Part shown: one piece after another, positions 27,801-39,800 of the stretch
Layout: the number at the start of each line of letters is the position of its first letter
Numbering within the stretch: the first letter of the stretch is position 1
Virus record (IMG/VR): IMGVR_UViG_3300033066_001102
Location: 1 to 64,000 of that record
Source of the DNA: a virus
Lineage: Duplodnaviria > Caudoviricetes
Length of the DNA stretch: 64,000 nt
Strand: one strand, 5' to 3'
Notes under the pieces: generated by a model
Seen by the model: only the letters and a program-made list of their open reading frames with translations
Database searches by the model: none
What the model was told of the DNA's origin: nothing
Position numbers and translations under genes: made by a program

Positions 27801-30800
27801 ACAGATTGTACATGACGCCGTAATAGTTCTTCATCTGATTGAACTTAAGTTCATGATGATCGATATTTACGAATTCCCGTACTTTCTGTTGTAATTGCTT
27901 GTCAATTTCCGGATGCCGCACAATAGAGGTAGGATCAAAATTATTCTTCATTTCGTCAATCAAATCACTCCACCTATTCCGTTGCGCCTCCTCTCTATTT
28001 GCCCTTGCCTCTGACGATTCCCGTTCTTCAGGTTCCACCGTTTCAATCTCATTGGCCCAATCAGTCACTTCACGGATCACTTCACGGATCAGGTTTACGT
28101 CAGGAAGGAGCTCCCTGCCTTTTGCCGCCAAAGGATTAATTGCCTGGAGATATTTAAACAATAAGTTCACCGGTATCCGTTGCCTACTTTTTATTATGGG
28201 CAGGTTCACCAGTTCCATTCCAAGCATACGGATATCTGGAAACTTCTGTTGTTTAAGCAGATTGCGCCGTGCATCACGCTTTGCGCGAATTGCTTCTCGG
28301 TACTGTTCCCTGTAAATAAACTTGTCAATGGCCTGTTCAAACCGTGTGATGGCTGTAGCAAGCCTTGCAGGATTGCCCTGAGACTTGCGGATTTTGTCAA
28401 TGGCATCGAGAAACAATCTGGTATCACTGAGCCCAATACTCTTTACCCGTTGTGTGATATAATTGGTCAGGTTATCCAATGCCGTTTCCATGTCACCAGG
28501 TTGAGCATTGTTCACGAACTTCCTAATCCGTTTTAGATAGCTGTCTAAGGAATCAATATCCGCTGCAGAGCTTATACCATAATCATTGAGCATCCGGATG
28601 AAATCATCCATTTTATACGGATTACCCCTTTTCGCCTGATCACGGTACCAGTTGGTTGTTTCGATGTAGTTGAGCGCATTTCGGATTGCACGAGCAACGC
28701 TGAATCCTGCCTTAACGCTATACCGGATAATTTTAAGAGCGCCTTTCAGGATCAACTTTGGAGGAAGCAGGTATGCTTTGCCGCCACTACCCATCTTCGC
28801 AAATTCTGAATCTACGCTATCATATAATTGTTTTAATCTATTGTCTATGCGTTCTTGAAGACCAGCCGATTTTGAATTGTCCGGAAACTGCATGAACGGT
28901 CCTTCTTCTTCTTCTTCAGTTCCGGCTCCCAATCCTTTAACCTCACCATCCTCGGTGTCTTCACTTTTTGCAGTTGGCTCATCCGCATCCATTTTTTCAT
29001 CTTCTTCCCGCTGCTTACGTTCTTGATCTGATTCTTTCTTTCCTTTCCTTTGCTTCCGCTCTTCTTTTCGCTGCTCCCTTTCGCGATCATCCGCAATTAA
29101 TCTTTGTATGATTTCCAATAGTTCCATTGAGTTACTATCAAGTTCACCTTCCCCATCGGATGTTATGCCCTCCTGTAATAATTGCGCTTCCAGTTCTAAA
29201 ATCTGCTTCTGCATCATATCCATTTCTTCCATTTTTTCAAATGGCTGCCCGATCTGTCCTTTAATCTTGTCAATTTCAGATTGATACTCGCTGATCCGTG
29301 TATCAATCGTTTCTTGGTCAAATGAGATATCCTTGACCTTGCCATAAATCCTATTGCCCAGTGATATGCCTCCATTAAAATTAAAGGTGTCTTCCATCCG
29401 TTCACCTAAAAATAACTGTACCTCGCTACCAATCGCATTAGTATCAAAGATGGGCTCTGTTTTTTTATCATAATTAGTACCACGAGCCTCTTCGTTAAAC
29501 ATTCCTGTTTGACCACCATCAACCCAAGCACCAAATCGGTTTGTTATAACGGCAGTCATGTGATCGCCAAATTTAATTACCACCTTCACATTACCACCTG
29601 CATCACGGCCTTTCTCATGTAACTTCTGGATTGCCTTTGCCTGCGCCTCATCAATGGCCTGTCCGAATTTTTCTTTATGAACAATACCATCAATCGTAAC
29701 AGTAGTGATTTTACGATCTGATGACTTCATCTTGCCATCTTCCGTTCTTTCAAAATCCATCCAGTTGGGTAGATCTTCCATGAAAGCATTCAAGAATGGC
29801 TTGCGAGAATATAGTGCTGGTATAATCGCTTCCAGTTCCTTCACGCGGCCGGCCAGTTTACCTTCGCGAAGACGATAGTTGTTATATGCTGCCTCAAGCT
29901 GCCTAAGCATCCGTTGACTTTCTCGCAATAACAGTCCAGTCGAACTGCCAGCAAGCATTGATGCCATAATTCCATTTTGAAGATCACCATCAGAAATATC
30001 AATATCGTCATGAGCGCTCCAGTCAAGAAAATTGGAAAGCGCTTGATTAATAAATTTTCCTTTTATCTCTAATCGTTGATAGGCCAAAGCATCCATTGTA
30101 TCTTTCACGCCAACCTCTTTAACCATCACTGGCCGATCAAACCCACCCTCCTCTATTGATAATGCGCAAAGATTTCCCTGTCTTATGCCACGTCCATTAC
30201 GTTGTGTCATTTTAGAAGGAAGATCAGGGGCATCTACATGCCATAAGGCAACTACCCTTTCCTGTACATTTATACCTACACCAATTTTATCCGTGTGGCC
30301 AATAAGAAATCTAACCTTCCCCTCATTCATATCCTGCATGACAAGTGCTCGCCTTAACCCATCAAACTTATCATCTGCAATTACTATTTCGGAAGGAAGA
30401 ACCCCATTGGCAATAAGATTTTTCCGAATTTCCTGATGAGCATTGAATGAAGAATCTCTGGATCTAATCGAATCGCAGAATATCAATTGAGTTCCCTTAA
30501 TGCCAGTTGTTTCATGATACACTTCAGCAGCGCGAATGGCTGTCTGATTCAATTTGCTATTAGGATCTTCCGGATACTTTTTGTATTTGTTATTAAGAAG
30601 CCGTACATCAACAGCCGCTTTCTTTGCTAATCCATAAAGCACAATGGGCAACCAAATAAGTTTAGCTTGTTGAGACCCTTGCAAATTATCCCACCATACC
30701 GCAAGGCTTCGAATAGTATCAATAACCTCTTTCGTAGCAAAAGACATTTCTAATACTATTTGCTCCACCTCTTTATTTGGTACAAGCCGACTTTCCTTGA

Positions 30801-33800
30801 ACTCTAAAATATCTTCATTGGTAACTACATCTACATTTGTTCTAAATGCAGCAACCAGCGCAGGTAGATTTATAAACTCACGCATTCTCGGCAATTCTTT
30901 ATAAACACCTGTAGCAGTAAGCTCTAATGATTGCGTGATATGCGTAAAGGATGCGGCAAAGGAATCAAAAGTATCAATACCTAATTCCTTTAACATGGCA
31001 GGTGATATATACCTCATCACTGTCCACATTTCAGCCATTGTATTTGTAATCGGCGTACCGGAAGCCATTACCACATTACGCCCGCCGTTTTGCTGCATAA
31101 TAAACCGCGTTTTCGTATATGCATCCCAGGCAATATTTGATCGTTGCACATCAATGCCTCTTATATTTGGAAGAGAAGTATCAAAACCTACTTTTTTGTA
31201 CGCATCCGCTTCATCTAAAATTATCGCATCAATACCCATCTCTTCAAAATAAAATGTTGCATCCTTCTTTTGGTTATTGATTTCAGCAAACTTCCTACGA
31301 TCTCTCAACGTCTGCCGACCTTCATCTTTCACCCTACGAGTCTTTTTATCAGCAATAGGCTTTGCGCCCAATTTTTCCATTCTTTTTTTCAACTTCGCTA
31401 TATCCCTTGAAAATTGCTTTTTTTCTTCATTATCCATATTCGCCTTCTGCGCCTCCAGATTAGCAATTTCTGCTTGTAACATTGCCCGTTCTCGATCTGG
31501 ATCATTGGGTATTTTTTCCAAGAAACTTCTTGGAATAATCACAACATCCCAAGCACCATAAGCAATTGATGCAAACAACCGTTGCCTGTTTTCTTTTTGC
31601 ATATCCTTCTTTGTTGCCATTAGGATACGTTTACCAGGATACAGTTTTGAGGCAGAAGCATTGAACTGTTCAAATGTTGGATTATGAACAACGATCAAAG
31701 TTTTATTTGCCAACTTCAACCGCTTCCATTCCATTGCAATAGAAATCAGCGTGTAGGTCTTACCGCTACCTACATCATGCGCGAGGTATGTTGACCGGCG
31801 CAGCGATCGGAACGCGGCCCTGGATTGATGCTGCCGCAGTTTGAATTCTTCACCATCAATAAATTCTGATTGTTCCGGAAATCTTTTTATAACTCTCGTT
31901 GATTTATATTCAACAAAACCCTGTACTTCATTATTAAAAGATTGCTCCAGTTCATCGTGAATGCTCTCAGTTCGTTTCACCCATGCTTCGAATTCCGATT
32001 TCAGTCCTTCCAGTTTAAGTCTCGCTTCAGCAGTCTTTTCATGATCAACTATTCGCCTTTTCCCTTCTGCGTCAGTCGGATCAATCTTATACACTTTTAC
32101 ATCACCATTATTTAACGCTTTCTCCATCATTTCTGATGCATCGTAAATTATTTTACCTGTTTCTGGATTTTGGTATCCCCAGGTTGCCTCGCCTAATGAA
32201 TTAGAACTCCTGTACTTATTGAATTTTACACTGTATCTATTTTTTGAAACATTCTCATTGTAGGTTACATCAGCCTGAATATCCTGGTCTTTCATAAACG
32301 AGCTGTACACAGACAGCGGAATCCACGTTGAGCCAATTCCAGGTGTGATAAGATGCATTGGTGCCCATGGTGGCAATACTTCTTTTAAAGAAGTTACGTT
32401 ACGTTCAAAATTTGCGTCTGTTAGTGCGGCTAATTCTGCCTGTTTTAATTTCTCTCGTACATTTCCTGAGATATATTCATCATGATCAATCAACATGCCC
32501 GTAATTGGGTCCACAAAAGCAAGGCGCTCCTCCAAAATAAGCTGCCTTGCGGCATCTGGATTTATATCAAGCAATTTTGCAACATAATCAATATTGATTG
32601 TCCCCTTGTAAATGATCGAAATATTTACTGCATCACTTATGCTTTCCGCACTGGTAGGTATTACGTAAGGATAATTCACCCGACGACTAAGAATATCACC
32701 TGGAGCAATTTCGTACTTATAATAAGCATTGCCGGCTTTATTTCTTTCGATTTTTTGAGTGATTTTTTCCAAAGAATAAACAATAGCAAATTCAGAGTCC
32801 TCTTTTAAAAATGATAGCTTATTGTTACGGTTAATCCGACCATACCTCTCGTGAAAATTTAGGTAAGCAATTCGCAATTTTCTTCGTTGCTCATTCAATT
32901 CATCATCTGTAAACTTTACTGATCGCTCACTTTGTACCAGTTTTTTTGCTAACTGTTTAACATTAATAAACAATTTAAACACCGTTTCTACCGAAACAGA
33001 TTTGCCACCGGATAGCGTTACTCTCTCATTTTCAAAATCCACATACACGCGAACGCCATTCTCTGAAGTGTATATTTCACCATTTTCATCAATATAATAG
33101 CCACCATCTACATCTCGCTCTTCTGAAAACAAATCTTCTGTTGTGGTTGATGAATCTGAACCTGTCGTATTAGATATATTTTGCGGCAGTTTATCAATAG
33201 CGTTTTCAATCATGCCATTTAGATCATCTGAAGTGGGAACCAGTGTATTATCATTAGCTGTATTAAGACCACCCCTACCCGCTTCATGTGCCAGGCGCAT
33301 TTCACCCATCATCATTTCGGGATTATCATGGAAATACTCATTGATAAACTGCGTGTAAGGATCACCCTCATCGTCTACTGTTTCACGGTGTGGCACGGCC
33401 ATACTCCATAACTGTGCTTGTGGATGGGTGCGACCCTGATCAGTCCGTTTGCGGAAAATCAGTATATCGGTAGTAACTTCAGTGCCCGCATTCTCTTTAA
33501 ACGCATTCCAGGGCAACCGAATAGCCCCCATAAAATCCACTTCCTCATGCTCATTCATGTAGTCACGAAACTCCTGAATAGTCCCCCTGTCCATCGTATT
33601 GGATGTAGTGATTAATACACCAAGTCCTCCTGGCTTCACCATGCGCATGCTCTTACCAATAAAATAGTTGTGGATATTCCACTTCGTCAAATCCTCAAAG
33701 TTTTTATCATACACCTTGATGGGTCCAAAAGGAACATTGCTAATGGCAAGATCATACGACGCTGGTTGCAACCGCGTTTCTTCGAATCCGGAAACCCGCA

Positions 33801-36800
33801 CATTTGACTGTGGATATAATTTTGTCGCAATACGTCCTGATATCAGATCCAGTTCAACCATGTCCATCTTGCTGTTAGGAACAAGGTTACGAGGCATAAG
33901 TCCATTGAAGTGACCTACCCCCGCAGCCGGCTCAAGCACCCTACCACCACGGAATCCCAATCGTTCTGCGATGGTCCACATATGGCTAATGATATCTTTC
34001 GAAGTGTAATGTGCGTTTGTGGTAGACGCAATGGCAGATTTCAGTTCTGATGGTGTCAGCATCTTTACAATCTGATTGTGCATGGATAGGTACTTATCTT
34101 TCCATGATGTTTGCCCACGTTCCTGAGCCTTGTTTACATCCAGTACCGTAGCCAATCCCCCCCATCCAGTAAACTGTGCAAGTATTGTTTTTTCTTCTGG
34201 TGTTGGATTACGGTCAGCCTTTTCAAGTTCCTTCAATAGTTCAATAGCTTCAATATTGGCGCGGATTTTACCCATCTCGCCTTTAGGAACTAACTCTGTT
34301 GATTGCGTTATTACAAAGTTTCTGTTAGCAGGATCTATTGGATCTGCAGTTTCTTCAGAGCTTGATTCAGTAGATTTTGATTTAGGGTTGCTTCTGATGT
34401 TTCTACCGGACTTAGTACGACGCTCGCCTCCTCCTCCGCTTCCGCTTCCGTTGCTCCCAGTTTCAACGCCTTGGTCCGTACCTGTTCCGCCCGTGTCAGT
34501 TTCCATTGGAGATATCTCCTCAGTTTCATCGGGTACTTCACCAGGTATGTTAGAAAACTCTGGTCGGTCGCCGCTAAATAGGTCAGATGTTGTACCGCTT
34601 CCTGGCTTTGTTCCAGGGGTTCTTCCTCCACTAATGTTTTCAGTGTTTTCATTTTTTACAGGTAGTTTAAAGTTACTAACTATTTTTTTATCCGTCAGTT
34701 GATCGGAGATTTCATCTGGTGCACCATAGGCATAAGAGCCATACGCTTTCTTCAGATACGGTAGCATCATTTCTGCTTTCTGATCACCGAACTTCTGCCT
34801 GATGCCATTGACAATGCTCTCAAACGATGTCATTCCGGCTTTGACAGCACTTTCCACCATCTTGATTCCTGCATCATTCAGTTTGATTTCCTTCTCATTC
34901 ATTGCACCTTTGGTGCGCACCTTACTTGTCAGGAATCTTTCTACCAGTCCCTCCTTTGATTTGTATTCACCAGAAGCGCGTAATACTTCACGCATCCCCT
35001 TGATAATGGGATGATAGTTGGGCAGTCCGAAAATCTTTTTGATTGCTTCAATTAATTCCTGATAGTATGCTTTGATTTTCTGCCATACAGTATGGGAGAT
35101 GAATCTATTGCCCAGGTACTCACTGGCATTCATGGCCCAGAATTCAGAAGGATTGGCATATTGGTAATCATCACGATTCAGTACACCATTCAAGAAATCC
35201 AAAAACACCTGATCCTGAATATCTTTATCATTAGAGATCGTTGATAAATGTAGGTTGCGTAATGCTTCTCTACGTTCTGTAGTAGCATTTCTAAGTTGCT
35301 TATCGTATTGTTTTGCCCACTCAACAAAAATTGCCTTTTGCGCTTCATCCGACAACATTCGCTCGGTGTGGTGCAATATCTCATGCACGATCACATAAGG
35401 ATCATTATTGCTTTTGATAATGCGAACCAGTCGATTGAATGGAGAATATGTCCCCGCCATTCCCTTATAGTCATTGGTGACGATGGAGATGCCCAGGTCA
35501 GATGCAACAAGAGGATTTTTATTCAATAACCATAATGCGAATTCCGCGCCTACCTGAGTTATTTCTCCTTTGCGCTGTGCATTGAGTATTCGCTCTTTGA
35601 CATATACGGGACCGCGCTTCCTGTCCCTGATTCTCTTGCTCTGATTGCGCTCAAAGTTTTCATCGAGCAATCTTGCCAACCGGATGGAGAATTCTTTCGG
35701 ATCCAATTCACCGGAACTCAGTTCTCTGTCGAGTGCTTTTAGTTTGGCAATGAAACTGAATCGTTTTTCTTTTTCCTCACTCGCATACGGGATCGAGAAC
35801 ATATTTTTTACGATGTCGCTTCCATCATCTGTCAGATCATCGAACAGATCTCCGAACTCATCCATTGCGGCATCAACCTCTGATGGAATGTCAACAGGTG
35901 GGTATGCCGTTGGTTTCCCTGCTTCAAAATATGTTTGAATTGCGCCAATATGTCTTCGTACATAATCATCCGTATTTTCAATTTTTCCATTAGCATCTTT
36001 TTTCAATGGAGGAATACCAATCTTTTCAAAGAGAAGATTGAACTTATTAAAGTCAATGGTGCCAATGCCTAACAATTGAGTTTGCATCCACGATGAAAGA
36101 TCTTGTGGACGATTCCTGCCAATATTAAAGCCAATAGTTTCAATATCTGATTCTACGCTTCGCCGCAGATCCATCTTGATAGCAGATCGCAACACAAAGT
36201 TTACAATATCCTCCACTTTAGTATCAGCGCTGATGTCTTCCGGTTTATATTCATTCTTACCGATCACCAACTTTCTTCCAAACATATTTAGCATCACGGC
36301 CTTCACTTCCTGCCAGAATTCTTTAATCAGATCAATCAGTGATTTATCTTCCAATTGTTTCCGTGCTTCCAAGTCAATTGCCCTGGCAATCATTTCATGC
36401 GTCTTCATCCTCGCGCTGGCATTCGGATATTTGCTGTCAACAAATTCCTTAACCTCCTTATTCTTTCGGACAGACTTCTGCAACCGGTCATACAATTCCG
36501 GGTTGCGTTTCTCTATAGCGAGAATAAATGGATGTGAGAATGCTTCGTGAATTGGAGTGGTTTCATCGGCAACACCACTTACAAAGTATGCTGTTTCTGT
36601 TGCATCATCATAAAATCCGGCCGGCATCGGACCGTCATACTTCTGCATCCTGTATCGCTTAGTTGCGTCCATGATAGCATCCATGTATTCCTTATCGGCA
36701 GCAAGAATCTCAACCGTATATGCCTTGTCGATTGCATTATTCTTAACAATGTAATCACCTGGAGTAATTGTTTCTTTTTGGCTATTTAGTGTAGCTTTAT

Positions 36801-39800
36801 CTGCATCACGCTTTTTCCTTGCATCCTCTTTACGCTTATCCCGCTTTTCACGCGCTTGCTTTGTGATTGTGTCATAAATACTTTGTTTCTCCCTACGTTG
36901 GCGCATTTGCTCTTCATGCGCACTTTTTCCAGCCTGCCTTTCGCGTTCATATTGGCGTTGCCTTTCTTGCTGTCGCCGCTGCCAGTCACGCATTTGTTCT
37001 TCTTGATCCCTGCGGAAGTCTTCATAGGTATTCCGCTGTTGATGACCAGATCTTCCAGAACCCTGATCACCTGGTCTGCGAGCATGACTATCACTGATAA
37101 TACCCTTGTTATAGTTGTCATTCACTACATTGAGGTACTTCATCAGCTCTAACGCATCCGCACCCTTGTCTGGATGATATTTGAATGATAACTTTCGATA
37201 TGCTTTACGTGCTTCTTCTTTATTGGCAACTGTCCGATAGACCTTTAGGATAAATGCTTTTGCCTCGTTTTGATCAACATTATCGAATAAATCAATGTCT
37301 TCCAATATGCCGAAAAAGAAATCGCGATCCGAATTTAGAATTGCTTTGGCTTCGTCTTGAGTAACTGTTTTGTAATTGATGCCAAATCGTTTCTTAAGCG
37401 CTTCACCGATAGTATTTAGTTCCTGATCGTTGAGTTTCCTATTATTTAATTTTGTTTGCCTGCGATCAATAGCATTCTTAATTCTTGTTGCAGGATGAGT
37501 TTCACGATTGCCTTTTGGAACCTCATTCCTTGATATGATATTCTTTAGACGGTCCAGTTCTGTTTGACCTGCAGCTTCAATAATATTATCAGGCAATGAT
37601 TCAATATGAGAGTATAAATCTTTGTGCCTTTTAGCTGATGGTGCACGTTTATCCAGTTCCAGATATGCATCATTCCATTGCTTCAAATTAGACCATGTAA
37701 CCCTCGTTCCAGGAGTAGTAATTTCTTCAGGTCCAGTAGCAACAGTTTCGGTACGACCGTCAATGATCCGCATTTTCTCAGCGGCCATCCAGTTCATCAT
37801 AATCTTTTGTCCTGCAGCATTTGCTTCTTCCCATGTAGCATAACGGGCATCGTTACCATTCCATTTACCACCTTCACCTTTAATAATCAGTTCAACACGA
37901 TATGGGAAATTCTCTACATCTTTTTTCTTATCAACCGGTTCAGGCGCTTCTTCTTTCTCGCTTGCAATCACTTCTGAAAACTTCTTTGGTGTCCAATACA
38001 GATCCAATTCAACCGGCAGTGACTTCATTTCCTCAATGCTGATGTAGCCCCATTCGCCGTCTTCGCCAAACTTCGCATAACCGAACGCCTGGTACTGTTT
38101 CCCCTTATCTTTCGGAGCATCATCCTTGGATCCCTTGTCTTTCTCGATGATGTACCAATCCCTGCCGCCAATGAAGTAGTGCAGGTACACTATTTTGTCG
38201 CCTTCTTCCTGGTCATCCGTTTCATAAGTGGCTGGCATTCCTTCAATCAACTTGTCCAGTTTGTCCAGCATGTCGATGAAGAACTCGGATTCCTCACTCT
38301 TTAATTCGTTTTGCTGCAGCGATTCCAGTTCCGCCTCCGGCATGAAGTTGACGATATTCGGAGTGATAACGGACTTAGCAGTTTTTTCAACCTTAGAGGG
38401 TTTTACTTCTTCCTCTTTGGCTTCGGTGGTATTGTCCGTACTCGTTTTTTTATCGGTGGTAGGGGTAAATTCTTTTTTGAATAATTCAACCTGATCTTTG
38501 GGAACTTCAATGGCTACTTTTTTAAGTCCTAATTCTTTTGCTGCAAGGATTCTATGCCTGCCATCTTCAAATCCTAATTTGCCATCATTAATACTTGCAA
38601 CGCTTGGTTCAAATGTAACTTTCGTTTCAGTCCGTTCACCTGTTTTGGGATGAACCCATCTATTATCATTCAGATAATTACTAATGAACTCTTTTGCTTT
38701 TTGAACCCTATTCCCAATCTGATTCTTTTTATTTGTTACATCATAATCCGGTTGATCTTTTGACTGCCGTTCAAGTATCTTGTCAGTATCCACAAAAACA
38801 ATTTCATTCTTCTTTGGATTCCTTAATGTGTATTCAACGTCCTCAAGTGCATTAGGATTTTTGCCTACGTCTTCTTTTGGCACTCCGAACTCTTCAAGTT
38901 GTTGTCTTGTGTCAGTAGGTTGACTTTCTGGAACTACTTCTTCTTGTGAAAGTCCTTCTGCGATATTGGTTGCTTCGACATTTCTTTCACCGCCTGCAAT
39001 CGCTCCTCGTTTTTCTTCTGGTGATTGAGAGGCGGCTTTGCCCCGTATTCCATTTTTATTTGCCAATTCTTCTATTTTAGCAAGCAAATCCGTTTCAGAT
39101 AAATTTAAAATATCTTCTTTATCTAAAGGGAAACTTTGATCTGCTATATCTATGTATTTTTCACCTGTATGAATATTCGTTCTTTCTGTTTCTTTTCTAT
39201 ACGTTATATGCCAATTTCCTCCTACACTAAATAATTTTTCAAAAACATAGTCCCCTATTTTATTAGGTAATACCTTTCTTAAAATATTAGATGTTTTCTT
39301 TACATCTTCTTGTATATTTTTTTCGTCAAATTTTTCAAATGCTTTTTGTTTTTTAACATCTACATCATTCAATGCACTTTCCCCTTTGGCTTCTGGCTGT
39401 TGTATTTCATTTTTAGCAACGCCAGCGCCACCTTGCTGCTCTTGTCCAATTTCGTCTTTGGTTTCTTCGGTTGTGATTTCATTGATCAGAGTTTTTGTTT
39501 CGTCAGTTAATGGTACTTCCAATGTAAGTTCCTCTATGGTCCCATCAGGATTATCATCAAGCCATGCAAGAATATCTTCTTGCTCAGAGGAAGGTATCTG
39601 TGATGCTTTTTTGCGATATTCTGCGAATGTTTTTAAAAGAGTTCTGTCAAATTGTATCCCTGTAATGGCCGTAAATTGCTGCCCTAATCTTGATGTTAAC
39701 GGCCCAAATAATTTAGATTCATCCAGACCATTAGGATACTTAAGCATAAAGTCCCACAAATCCTTCTCTGTAAATCGATCAAAATCTTCTCTAAGATTGA

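Noticed and set aside
29980-30020. DIDISDGD in the giant protein as an RNA polymerase catalytic loop
   Set aside because: Spacing does not fit DxDxD, and it lies right after SNF2 motif VI with no double-psi barrel context
34130-34702. 190-aa + strand and 105-aa - strand ORFs over the giant protein's linker
   Set aside because: Low-complexity shadows of a Gly/Ser/Thr-rich linker; unlike the MTase overlap they lack repeats, motifs or coupling to neighbours
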